Shown one piece after another: positions 26,334 to 39,151 of a stretch of 64,000 nt of DNA. Position 1 is the stretch's first letter. Each line of letters starts with the position of its first letter. Source of the stretch: Eledone cirrhosa (lineage: Eukaryota); assembly GCA_964016885.1 (NCBI GenBank), contig OZ024748.1, positions 38,998,001 through 39,062,000 on the forward strand. The letters are read 5' to 3'. Below the pieces are notes generated by a model that had not been told where the DNA came from, made no database searches, and saw only the letters and a program-made list of their open reading frames with translations. Both the position numbers and the translations under genes were made by a program.

Positions 26334-27286
26334 AACAGATACAGAGAGGGGGAAAGGAAGTGTGTAAACCGGAAGTGAATGTGAGGTTATTACCTGCCAG
26401 TCTCTAACAGTTCGTGCTACACGTGTGACTTCAGCACTTCGTAGATTTATATATGTATAGACAGACAGATTACTAAACAGCTGCTGACAAACTCTCACTT
26501 CCATTAGTATGTGTGTGTTTGTATGTTAGGGAGAGAGACAGAGCCTATATATACATATATATATATATATGAATGTATATATATATATTAAAGACTTAGT
26601 CACGCGGGGGTGGTTAAAACTATCATATAATAGACATCACTCTGCCCGGCCTGTTTTCCTCTATTCTCCCTTCTTACCTTTTCTACACCTCAGTGTCCTT
26701 CTTTGTCTGCAAGTTGGACTACAGTCCTTATTCTCTACTGTTTTACTATTTCTCTCCTTTCTATATTTTGCTCTTTGACTAACCCCTTCCACTCTATATT
26801 TGTGTCATTTTCCCAGTCATAACTTGATTTTAAGTGAAAGTATTAATGTCATCCGGCTGATATTGATGTTTATTACACATAGATGGAAACGATCTTTAAA
26901 TGAACAGGAAAATATATCTTCTGCTTGTTAATAATCAGTGTAAACATTTACATCTGAATCTTATCATATGTTGTTTTTATTATTATATCATGTGTTTTGC
27001 TTTCATAAATTATATTTATTGTATTGTATACTTTACATATTTATATTTTCCTACATAATACTATTATCACATAGAACATTAAAGAAGGGAACTATTGTCG
27101 AGGTGTAGACATTAAAACAAATATGTTGACAAGTCTTATTTTCACGTCGTAAATTCTTTAAAATTCCGAAAATTCTTCGCGAAGATGTGAAAATCCTTTG
27201 AAAATTCTTCGAAAATCTCAGATTCTCTTTAAGATAAAAACAAAAACGTTTAAAGACTTTAAAACAAACATCTAATTTTGTTTGTC

Positions 27287-27360
<74 letters not shown>

Positions 27361-27362
<2 letters not shown>

Positions 27363-27416
27363 TCCCCCTTTGTATTTGTTCCCTTCTTGTGTGCCCTTGT
27401 GGCTAATAAAGAAGCA
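27361..27416 (+). mobile_element. Isolated 3' tail of a Tx1 element followed by (TATC)n
   Basis: GTGCCCTTGTGGCTAATAAAGAA matches the 3' ends at 37235, 38905 and 44641. Confidence 0.75.
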
Positions 27417-27844
27417 TATCTATCTATCTATCCTTCTTATCTCAATTACCACTTAAATCATTTGTCCATCATCCTTCGTTGATTGTATATATTCACTTTG
27501 TCTTATATTACCTCTTCCTTTCTTTCTTTCTCATCGCACCCACTACCGTATTATTCTCTCCTCTCTCCATATATTTATACTAAGATATTTCACTTGTGTT
27601 TATCCGATATCATGTTACCACAATAACTTTACTCAATACACAACACGACAAAATATTTACTCAATCATCGCTATTACCTCCCTTTCAACCTCTCTTACAC
27701 TCTATCATTTGTCTCTCTATGCCCCTCTGTGTGTGTGTGTGTGTCTTTACTTAAATATCTATGTCTATAAGTATGTTTATGTAGCCATCTACGTGAATAC
27801 TTAATCAGATACACAGAGAATTAAGCACATGATTCGGACGCTAG

Positions 27845-27908
<64 letters not shown>

Positions 27909-27947
27909 CACGCACACTCACACACACACACACACATATATATATAC

Positions 27948-28064
<117 letters not shown>

Positions 28065-28507
28065 CACTCTCACACACACACACACATTTATATACAATTA
28101 TCTATATCTATATATCTATGTATCTATATATCTATATCTAATATAAAATATCCTTTTAAGAAAGGAGGACCGGCTCTACTTCTATGTAATGGTATACACT
28201 GTACAGCCAGGAGGAAGATGAACCATCCCCTAGAGGTCACTATTCTTGGTGGCATCAAGGAGAAACTACATTTATCCCCAACATTCCTCTTATCCCTTCC
28301 TCGGCCGAGCTGCCATTCAAATTCTCAAGACTTCAGTTTCCAGTTAGAGCTACTTTTACTATGACCATAAAGAAAGCTCAGGCTCAGAGTGTCAAAGGAG
28401 AACGGGGAAGAAATGAGGTACAACAGAAATGAAACATGGATTACAGGTTAAAATATAGTCTAGATAGATGTGAAACAAAACGAGGATGTTGTTTATGGAA
28501 TACCCAA

Positions 28508-28975
28508 ATGATTTAGAAGTCGACCTTAAGTAGGAGCAATAACATTAAGAAAGACATGGACGACACCACAACACTTAGTTTTGAAAGTAGGTTTATAAGT
28601 ATGATTTTCATAAAATTTTCGTAGTTTTTTTCTGTGGCCCAGTGGTAGATAGTAGAGACGGTGGAAATCCTGGGCTTCGGTTCAATCCAGGTCGAGAGAT
28701 AAATGTAACTTTTTTTTTTTTCAGAGTTTATTTTACAACCCATAGAAAAAAGCTGAAAAGGTTTACCGGGAACTCTACTCCCGACCAGGATCGAACTTCA
28801 GACCAGGATCACCACCGTCTATGATTCCTCCAACTAGGCCACTGAAACAGCTACAAAAGTATAATGAAAATTGATAATTATAAACCTACTTTCAAAATCA
28901 AAGTTAAAAAGATGCAGTGTCGTTCATGGCTTTCCTAGAGTTATTAGTAATATTTAGGGTCGACTTCTGGTCATT
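28508..28975. repeat. Diverged long inverted repeat with tRNA-like A/B boxes in both arms
   Basis: AGAAGTCGACC/GGTCGACTTCT and TTTTGAAAGTAGGTTTATA/TATAAACCTACTTTCAAAA; TGGCCCAGTGG..GGTTCAATCC (+) and TGGCCTAGTTGG..AGTTCGATCC (-). Confidence 0.7.
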
Positions 28976-29213
28976 ATTGAAAGTATCTCGATTTCGCAAA
29001 ATACATAATATTATTTATTGGAGAAGGTAAGATATTTTTCCGCAAAAATTTGATTACACTGTTTTGTTTCCGCTTATGTATTTTTCGAAAATGTTATTTA
29101 TTCATTATAAAAATTGAATGATAGCATTCTACATGTAGGTAAGCCCCCTTTATCTCCTGGCAACCATTATTTTTCGACCCGGTCCGCCACTGTATACATA
29201 TATATACAATATC

Positions 29214-29267
<54 letters not shown>

Positions 29268-29369
29268 GTGAGGGTTTTTTTACAAAATGAAAAAAAACGA
29301 GGTGTCCTACACAAGTGAAAGTATAAGGAAAAAAGATGAAATCGAAAATGCAACTGGTGTCTTACTCAA

Positions 29370-29413
29370 TTCTACTTTTGAAAAGCACAAGAACTGCGAA
29401 ACCAGTAAAGGAA
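29370..29413 (+). ncRNA. Candidate minimal hammerhead with U3-A8 core variant
   Basis: CTT-TTGAAAA-GCA caagaac TGC-GAAA-C ca GTA-AAG, inside a 39-bp inverted repeat (29325-29363/29438-29476). Confidence 0.5.
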
Positions 29414-29471
29414 CCACATAAATATATATTTTTTAAAAAGACTCCAGTTGCATTTTCGATTTCATCTTTTT

Positions 29472-29533
<62 letters not shown>

Positions 29534-29535
<2 letters not shown>

Positions 29536-29790
29536 AGGGCGGGTAAAATTCCCGAGATCCATGGACGAGTTCTCTCCAGCGGTCTCTGTCCCTCATTATC
29601 GCTGCTATCTCCTGTAAAGAAAAGCGTCCCAATAGTCCTCACATTCAAAATGCCCATTTTGATGGCTCTTCTGCAGGACAAAACTGCATTCTTTATATTT
29701 GTCTCAGAGACAGCTGATCCATCATCCACTGGCCCTCTCTGTGGCTCTAAGCCAACAGAGTCATAACGACCAGACTGCTCCTTGACAGTA
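29534..29790 (-). mobile_element. Internally deleted RTE-like LINE remnant
   Basis: IKMGILNVRT (APE N-terminus-like) joined to IMRDRDRWRELVHG (RTE-type C-terminus), then (TA)n. Confidence 0.45.
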
Positions 29791-29811
29791 TAATTAGGGG
29801 CTTTATTAGTA

Positions 29812-29876
29812 ATACACTGGGATAATTACTGGCCTTGTGCCAAAAGTAGAAACAATTATTATTATTATTTTTATTA
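29812..29876 (+). mobile_element. 3' tail fragment of the SINE seen at 32455
   Basis: CTGGCCTTGTGCCAAAAGTAGAAACAATTATTATT. Confidence 0.65.
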
Positions 29877-29895
29877 CATTCAAAGTCCTGTCTCA

Positions 29896-29991
<96 letters not shown>

Positions 29992-30305
29992 TTATATTTA
30001 TATATATATATGTGTGTACATATGTGTATATATGAGTGTGTATTGTATATTATAATATATATACTATATATTTTCTTCTTCTAATTTGCCAACTTATTCC
30101 TAGAAGAGTCACGTGGTGGCTAATTCGTCAAACATGTCTTCCAGCCAGTCCTGCCTGAAGCATTATATTTATAATATAATATATATTATATATATTATAA
30201 ATATTGTTTAAATATATAGTGTATATTATAATAAATATTATATATACAATATATATATTATAAATAATGTATAATATACACTATATATTATAATATATTA
30301 TATAC

Positions 30306-31810
30306 TAGCACGGGATAAGGTATTTTGGAACACAGGCCGCCAACAGATCTAATCGTGGAAAAACTGCATGCTGGACAATATGTAAAGAAAATAAACCGAA
30401 TACTCTGATGGCTGGATAATCTTTAAGATTTTCCTCGATGAAGCAGGAAAAATGCAGGTGTTCACCTAATGTGGGCCCTAGGGGATCAACAAAATGAATT
30501 TTTTTTATATGCATAATATGACTTGAAATTTCGGGAAGATCGGCTAGACGTAACGCCTCAAAAAAGCCCTAAAAAGCTGAAAAAATGAAGTTTTTCACCT
30601 AATGCGGGCCCTAGGCTATAAAAAAGTTGTATTTTCTTTGCTCACGGTATGAAGAAGAGACTGACTAATACATAGTTACAATTTCAAGGAAATCAGTCTG
30701 ACGTAACGACTCAAAAAACACATAAAAAGCTGAAAAAACGCAGTTTTTCACCTAGGGGATCAAAAAGTTGAATTTGTTTATATGCATAACACTCCTTGAA
30801 ACATAAGTAATACACATGTAAAGTTTGAAAAAAGTCTGTTGGGTACTTCTCGAGTTTTAGGGATTCAAACTCACAGACACACACACAGACAGACATCCAC
30901 AGGGAAGTGACGTAATGCTGACAGCCAGACATACAGACAGATATTATAAGGGCGCGACGTTATATCTATGTATCTATCTAAAAAGAGAAAGACTAAGAAT
31001 TATAGAGAGAGACCACTAAATCGCCTAATGCAGTCCCTAGGGCATTGAAAATTTGAAATTTGTTTTGTTCAGAACTCTCCATGAAACATAAGTATTACAT
31101 GTGTAAAGTTTGAAAAGGGTCGTTTGGGTGGTTCTCGAGTTTTAGGAATTCAAACTGACACACACAGACAGACATCCTCAGTTTTATATATAGAGACTAG
31201 CAGAATGGCCCGGCGTTGCTCGGGATTTGCTCTAGGGTTCTTATATATTTGATATATATTTATCCTTTCGAGCCTCGTGAAATATATACGTTTGTTTATA
31301 TTTTGTTATTGTGTATGCAAAAATATCTGTCCATGAATATATAATTATATATATTAAAATAACAGATTAAAGTTTAAGCAAAGAATCATTGCTTTCACAC
31401 TTAACGGGATCTTCTGAAACTAAAAAAAATCAATCTGGAAAACAGGAAGACGATACGTTGGTTCGTGAAGACGTTCCCTGGCATAAGAATATATATATAT
31501 ACACACACACACTGATCGCGTCATAATGACGTAATGCAGACAGTCAGGCATACAGACAGATATTATAAGGGCGCGACGTCATATCTATGTATCTATCTAA
31601 AAAGAGAAAGACTAAGAGAAAGAGAAAGAGATCGCTAAATCGCCTAATGCGGTCCCTAAGGCATTGAAAATTTGAAATTTTTTTTGCTCAGAACACTCAA
31701 TAGCACCATAAGTATTACATGTATAAAGTTTGAAAAAAAACGGTTAGGTACTTCTCGAGTTTTAGGGAAACAGACACACAGACAGACATCCTCTGTTTTA
31801 TATATATAGA
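30306..31810 (-). mobile_element. Two tandem non-autonomous Helitron-like elements (30306-31195, 31197-31810)
   Basis: Minus strand 5'-TCTATATATAAAAC start, (CTGT)n subterminal tract, 3' hairpin CCCGAGCAACGCCGGG then CTAG at 31197; ~300 bp shared between units. Confidence 0.65.
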
Positions 31811-32266
31811 CTAGCAGAAAACCACCCAGTGGGCGGTTTCTGCTAGCAAATCTAGTGTATATACTGATATTGTTGAGATTTGGATGAGAAATTGAACAAA
31901 TCAAACGTATTAATCAAATCCCGCAGCTCCATACTGAGATTATGGAACTGCGCAATCTGATTAATAAATTACCTCATCAGCAGCAACCTTCTTCAAATGG
32001 TCCTTGGCATGGTGTCAGGTCAGAACCGCCTCGAACTGGTTACTTCTGGCTCGTGCAAGGTGTCTCTATAGCAACCAGCGATTCCATCGGCCTCAGTGAC
32101 CAAAATCAGTGGAGAGGGGAAGGTAATGTTTCTATAGCGACAGTGTTTCTCTTGGTAGTACCAAAGTGGAGAAAGGAAGGGAAAGGTAATATTTCTGTAG
32201 CACCTACATTTGAGTTTTAGGGACGGACAGACAGACAGACAGACAAACAGAGAAATGCCCATATAT

Positions 32267-32304
<38 letters not shown>

Positions 32305-32453
32305 CACACACAGAAATGTATATATATTTCTTAGAACAAAATTATTATTAATGTTTTGCTGTTCATAACAATTGGAATTGAAAAATTACTTTTGAAATTA
32401 TTAGTTATTTTACTAATGCTTAGATATGTAAAAATGAACCAATGTTTCTAATA

Positions 32454-32642
32454 ATTGTTTCTACTTTTGGCACAAGGCCAGCAATTACCCAGTACATTAC
32501 TGGTACTTTATTTTATCGACCCCGTGAGGATGAAAGGCAAAGTTAACCTCGGCGGTATTTGAACTCAGACCGTAAAGGGACGTAACTCCATGTAAAGAAG
32601 CATGGTGTCCGACTCTCTACAGATTCTGCCAATCCATCGCCC
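32454..32642 (-). mobile_element. tRNA-derived SINE
   Basis: A-box-like TGGCAGAATC, B-box GAGTTCAAATA, central GCCTTTCATCCT..GGGGTCGATAAA..AGTACC domain, AT-rich tail; resembles octopus SINEs from recall. Confidence 0.7.
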
Positions 32643-33552
32643 TAATGTCTGTACGTAATGAGGGAGTGAGAGGGGAGAGAAAGAAAGGCAGAGGTGAAGT
32701 GACGAAGTGACTCCCTCCTCCTCCTCCTCCATCTCCCCATTCGTCAGAGCGATAGAGGGGAGGAATGTTAGTGTGTTACAAAGAGAAAGAGTGAGAGTGA
32801 GAGAAACAGACAGACTAAAAGAGAGGGATAGCTGGAGAGAGAGAGAGATAACAACAGATACAGTACAGTAGCTAAGGGAAGTATATATATTTCTGTGTGT
32901 ATATATATATACATTTCTGTGTGTGTAATATATATACACACAGAAATATATATACATTTCTGTGTGTGTAACATATATATATATATATACACACACGGAA
33001 ATATATATACATTTATGTGTGTGTATATATATATATATATATATTACACACACAGAAATGTATATATATTTCTGTGTATATATATATATATTACACACAC
33101 AGAAATGTATATATATTTCTGTGTGCATATATATATATATATTTCTGTGTGTGTATATATATATATATTACACACACACAGAAATGTATATATGTTTCTG
33201 TAGCACTCCTCAATTCCCCCCTCTCTCCCTCCCGCTATCCCCCTCTTGTAGTCTGTCTCTTTCTTTCACTCTCACTCTCTCTCTCTCTACGCGTGCGCAA
33301 AAAACATTCTCACGCGCGCACGTGTTTCCACTGTCGGACAGACAGATAGACAAACAGAGAAATTGCTGGTTATATATTATAAGGAGATTATATAAACTAT
33401 ATTCTATATACTGGCAAATACGAGTGTAAGAGGTGGTGCCAGGTGACAGAACGAAACAGCCAGGAACTGGTTTCTTGTAGCACGTGGAAGGTTTCTATAG
33501 CAACAGTAGTTCCCTCGGTCTCACTGACCAAAGTAAGTGGAGAGGGGAAGGT

Positions 33553-34757
33553 ATGGTGGTGGTGTGGTAGTGGTAGTGGTGGTGCTGCTGCTGCTGTTAA
33601 TGGTGGTGGTGGTGGTGGTGGTGGTGGTGGTTGTAATGGTGGTGGTGATGGTGGTAATGGTGGTGGTGGTGGTGGTGGTGGTAATGGTGCTGGTGGTGGT
33701 GGTAGTGGTGGTGGTAGTGGTGGTGGTGGTGGTAGTGTTGGTGGTGGTGGTGGTAATGGTGGTGGTGGTGGTGGTGGTAGTGGTGGTGGTGGTAATGGTG
33801 GTGGTGGCTGCAATGGTGGTGGTGGTGGTGGTAGTTGTGGTGGTGGTGGTGGTGATGGTGTTGGTGGTGGTGGTGGTAATGGTGGTGGTGGTGGTGGTTG
33901 TAGTGGTGGTGGTGATGGTAATGGTGGTAGTATTGGTGGTAATGGTGCTGGTGGTGGTAGTGGTGGTGGTAATGGTGGTAGTGGTGGTGGTAGGGGTGGT
34001 GGTGGTGGTGGTAATGGTGGTGGTAGTGTTGGTGGTGGTGGTAGTGGTAATGTTGCTGGTGGTGGTGGTGGTGGTAATGGTGCTGGTGATGGTGGTAATG
34101 ATTGTGGTGGTGGTGGTATTGGTGGTGGTGGTGGTGGTGGTAATGGTAGTGGTGGTGGTGGTAGTGGTGGTGGTGGTGGTGGTGGTGGTAATGGTTGTGG
34201 TGGTGGTGGTAATGTTGGTGATGGTGGAGGTAGTGGTGGTGGTGGTGGTGGTGGTGGTGGTAGTGGTGCTGGTAGTGGTGGTGGTAATGGTGCTGGTGGT
34301 GGTGGTGGTGGTTGTAATGGTGCTGGTGGTGATGGTAGTGGTGGTGGTAATGGTGCTGGTGGTGTTGGTGGTAGTGGTGGTGGTGGTGGTGGTGGTGGTG
34401 GTGGTAGTGGTGGTGGTGGTGGTGGTAATGGTGGTGGTGGTGGTGGTAATGGTGGTGGTGGTGGTAGTTGTAATGGTGGTACTGGTGGTGGTAGTGGTGG
34501 TGGTGGTGGTGGTGGTAATGGTGCTGGTGGTGATGGTGGTGGTAGTGGTGGTGGTGGCGGTGGTAATGGTGGTGGTGGTAATGGTGGTGGTGGTGGTGGT
34601 GGTGGTGGTGGTGTTGGTGGTGGTGGTAGTGGTGGTGGTGGTGTTGCTACTGCTGGTGGTGGTGGTGGTGGTGGTCGTGGTGGTGGTGGTGTTGGTGGTG
34701 GTGGTAGTGGTGGTGGTGGTGTTGCTACTGCTGGTGGTGGTGGTGGTGGTGGTGGGG
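33553..34757. repeat. (GGT)n-rich microsatellite
   Basis: Triplet repeat with AAT/AGT variants. Confidence 0.95.
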
Positions 34758-34869
34758 TCATGTAAGGTAATGTTATATTCATTACAGAACTGATGATATA
34801 CCACCACCAATTCACAAATGCACCCACCGTCCCCGTATATTATGTAAACGCCGCCATCTTTCAATCTAC

Positions 34870-34917
34870 ATCTCTCTGTCTCTCTCTCCTTCCCTCCCTC
34901 CCCCTTCATATACATAT

Positions 34918-34958
<41 letters not shown>

Positions 34959-36033
34959 ATCTCTATCTCTCTCTCTCTATCTCTCTCTATATATATCTCT
35001 CTGTCTATCTATCTATTTCTCTATCTCTATCTTTCTGTCTCTCTTCCCCCTCTCTCTCTCTCTATCTCTCTGTCTATCTATCTATCTCCCTATCTCTATA
35101 TTTCTGTCTCTCTCCCCCTCTCTCTCCCTCACTCTATATCTCTCTGTCTATCTATCTATCTCTCTATCTCTATCTTTATCTCTCTCTCCCCCCTCTCTCT
35201 CTCTCTATCTCTCTGTCTATCTACCTCTCTATCTTTCTATCTCTCTCCCCACCCCCCTCTCTCTATCTATCTCTGTCTATCTATCTATCTATCTATCTAT
35301 CTCTATCTTTCTGTCTCTCTCCCCCTCTCTCTATCTCTCTCTATCTCTCTATCTCTCTGTCTATCTATCTATCTCTCTATCTCTATCTTTCTGTCTCTCT
35401 CCATCCCCCTCTCTCTCTCTCTATCTTTCTGTCTATCTATCTATCTCTCTATCTCTATCTTTCTGTCTCTCTCCCCCCTCTCTCTCTCTCTATCTCTATC
35501 TTTCTGTTCCCCTCCCTCTCTCTCTATCTCTCTGTCTATCTATCTATCTCTCTATCTCTATCTTTCTGTCTCTCCCCCCCCTCTCTCTCTCTCTCTCTCT
35601 CTGTCTATCTATCTCTCTATCTCTATCTTTCTGTCTCTCCCCCTCTCTCTCTCTCTCTCTCTATCTCTCTGTCTATCTATCTATCTCTCTATCTCTATCT
35701 TTCTGTCTCTCCCCCTCTCTCTCTCTCTCTCTCTATCTCTCTGTCTATCTATCTATCTCTCTATCTCTATCTTTCTGTCTCCCCCCCCCTCTCTCTCTCT
35801 CTTCATTTCCTCACTTGTAGACTTGCGCGTGTGTGTGTTTATGTTTTGTTTTATGTATGTGTATATGATGGATTTGTGTTGTGTTGTGTTGTGTTGTGTG
35901 TGTGTGTGAGTGTGTGAGTGTGTGTGCGCGCGCGTGTGTGTGTGTGTGTGTGTGTGTAGTTCAGAGTAAAGTAAAAGTGACAGAGAGAAGTAATTAAATA
36001 AGCTTTAATCACGTGACTGTTAGGCGCCAACTT

Positions 36034-36075
<42 letters not shown>

Positions 36076-36625
36076 TGTTTCTACTGTAGATGTGATTGTG
36101 GTCCTGATAGAGACTAGAATGGTGCCAGAAAAGGTTTACATCCTTTCCAACACACGAGATAAATATCTGCCGATATAAGGATGTCTTAGAGGTGAGACTA
36201 CCTCGTGAAACTCTCTCTCTCTTCCTCTCTATCCCTTTCTCTCTCCACCTCTCTTTCACTCTCTCTCCCTCACTCTCCATCACTCTCTCCCTCTCCCCCA
36301 TTCTCTCTCTCAACCTCTCTCTCTATCTCTCCCAACACCTCTTTCTCTTTCTCTCCCAAACTCTCTCTCTCTCAGTCTCTATCTCTCACAACCTCTCTCT
36401 CTCACACTCTCTCTCACTCTCTCTATCCCTCTCTCTCACTCTCTCTCTCTCTCTCTCTCTCTCACAACCTTTCTCTCTCACTCTCTCTCTCTCTCACTCT
36501 CTCTCACTCTCTCCCAAACTCTCTCTCTCTCTCTCACTCTCTATCTCTCACAACCTCTCTCTTTCACTCTCCATCACTCTCTCCCTCACTCTCTCTCTAT
36601 CTCACTCTCTCTCTCCCTCCCTCCC
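34870..36625. repeat. Pyrimidine-rich (CT)n/(TATC)n tracts with (GT)n and a (GCC)n run at ~36034-36074
   Basis: Direct reading. Confidence 0.9.
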
Positions 36626-36843
36626 CATATATATACATATAACAGTCTCCGAGGTTATGTGGTGTGTGCGTCTGTGGTATGTTTTAATGAGAGTAAGAAC
36701 TGTAAGACACCCATGACGGAATTTACCAAAACGTGTCGTCAGACGTAAAAGGACTAATGTTGTTTAGAGGAATAACTTAGAAATATATTGTTTACAACAT
36801 CTATCTATCTGTCTGTATGTATGTCTGTCTATCCATCTATCTA

Positions 36844-37257
36844 TGGTGGACGAGATTGAGAGGACTGAGGACAGATGCCTTTCTCTCCCTTCTTTAAGTA
36901 TCACTTTAGAAGGAGAATCAGAGTGGAGAGAGAGGCACTGCACCCCAGTAAATTTACTGAAAGGTGGGTAAATGTGACAAAAATGGCCCGAGTGATTGGG
37001 CCTTCTCTGTTTATAAGCCTGTAGGTTAAAGAAGAGAGTAAAAGGAAGAAAGGATCACTTGCACAGCACGCTCCTGGAGTTGAGGGTTGTTCTATCGACG
37101 GGGTATTAAACAACCCATTTGTGGGGCTTCCCCCCTATTGTGGATTTCGATTGTTGTAATTGTTTGTTTTATATTTTGTACACGACTGTATGTAAAATCC
37201 CCGGCATGTCTTTGTATTGTCCCCTTTTCTTGTGCGCCCTTGTGGCAAATAAAGAAA
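36844..37257 (+). mobile_element. Tx1 3' fragment (copy D)
   Basis: Near-identical to ~38494-38927; (TATC)n both sides. Confidence 0.9.
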
Positions 37258-37301
37258 TCTATCTATCTTTTTGTCTGTATGTCTGTCTGTCTATCTATCT
37301 C

Positions 37302-37336
<35 letters not shown>

Positions 37337-37342
37337 CTCTCT

Positions 37343-38927
37343 CTCGGAAATCGGGGTGATCGGCAACTTACTGAAAGAATACGAAACGCTGACGGGAGCA
37401 AAACTAAACCCAGACAAGTCTGTCGGTTTGCAACTCGGTACGTGGAGAGGCAAACCGATGACATCCGACAGCGTCGTTGGACGTTGGACGGACGGACCGG
37501 TGAAATTGCTCGGGGTCTGTTTCGGTCCAGACCTCCAGGTGGAGAAAAACAGGAACGAGGTCACAGCCAAGGTGTTTGCACTCACTCAGAAGTGGGCAGA
37601 GTGGAAACTGTCCTTGAAAGGTCGAGCGGAGGTGGCGAACACTTTCATAGCGTCCGTCATCTACTACCGCTTGACTGTCGTGCCTTGTCCCCGTGAACAC
37701 CTCGCCAAGATGGAACGCATGCTCTTCCAATTTCTGTGGAAGAAGCAGGCTCCGCTGGTGAGGAGATCCGTCTGCTGTTAGCACCCTTCCAACGGAGGGC
37801 TAGGAATGCCGTGGCTGATGATGCGCAAACATGCGCTGAGGCTGCGGCATCTCCAGGTATTCCTCACCGACCCCCAACCGGTGTGGGCACCGTTTGTGAG
37901 ACAGGCTTTTCCACAGCTCGTCTTGCTAACGGAGCTGCAGTCCTGGGTGAAGAAAAGACCGAAAACGATGGGCACCTGGCACATTGAATGCGCTCAGGCG
38001 CTCTCAGTCCTCTGGCAAGCGGGCGCAGCAATCAGTGGAGACTCCACTTCGACATTCTATAGAGGGATTGTACGTTACAAGGGCGACGACGTGCTCGGAG
38101 AGACTCTGGGCGTCGAAGACGATGAGCTCACCAGTCTGTTTGGTAGGACTTTCCGCCCGGGACCTATGGACAACTTCCAGAGGTCCCTGGCCTGCCAGTG
38201 CTACCGAGGAGCTCTACCGGTTCGTGACAAGATCTACAGGCACGAATGCCCTGGCAAGGATCCTTCCAAGAGGACGTGTCCAAGATGTGCGCAGGATATT
38301 GAAACAGTTCTGCACGCAATTGTACACTGCCCGGGCGTAACCGACCTGTGGAACTATGCAGAACAACTGCTGTCGCGTATGGGACAAATCCAGTTGACTG
38401 CCGAGTCCATAGTAAGGATCAAACCGCCAGCCTCTTTCAAAAACGAAAGAGAGGCGGTTTTCCTCTGTACGGTGGCTATGGTGAAAGAAGTTATATGGTG
38501 GACGAGGTTGAGAGGACTGAGGACAGATGCCTTTCTCTCCGAACAACGATTGATTCCCTTCTTTAAGTATCACTTTAGAAGGAGAATCAGGGTGGAAAGA
38601 GAGGCACTGCACCCCAGTAAATTTACTGAAAGGTGGGTGAATGAAGCGAAAATGGCCCGAGTGACTGGACCTTCTCTGTTTATAAGCCTGTAGGTTGAGG
38701 AAGAGAGCAAAAGGAAGAAAGGAGCACTTGCACAACACACTCCTGGAGTTGAGGGTTGTTCTATCGACGGGGTATTAAACAACCCATTTGTGGCGCCTCC
38801 CCCCTATTGGGGATTTCGATTGTTGAAATTGTTTGTTTTTATATTTTTACACGACTGTATGTAAAATCCCCGGCATGTCTTTGTATTGTCCCCTTTTCTT
38901 GTTGCGCCCTTGTGGCTAATAAAGAAA
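37343..38927 (+). mobile_element. 5'-truncated Tx1 (copy C)
   Basis: ORF2 C-terminal half (KLSLKGRAEVAN, GGLGMP, CPRC..ETVLH), one stop at 37779, AATAAA then (TATC)n. Confidence 0.9.
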
Positions 38928-39151
38928 TCTATCTATCTACCTATCTATCTTGATAGAGTGAGACACGCTTCACATCGGCTCCGCTATTCTATCGGAATTT
39001 ACCCTTACTATAGTAAGTACCAGTGAATTTTTTCAGTGCAACACATTTGGAACACATACCCCTGTTATTTAGGGAAACATTTTTACATTTACCCCCTTTT
39101 TAGGGGGTAAAATAAATAACTATTTTTCTGTAAAACTTCTTTCTTGGCAGC

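Noticed and set aside
28633-28700. Functional tRNA gene
   Set aside because: A/B boxes present but I could not fold a convincing cloverleaf
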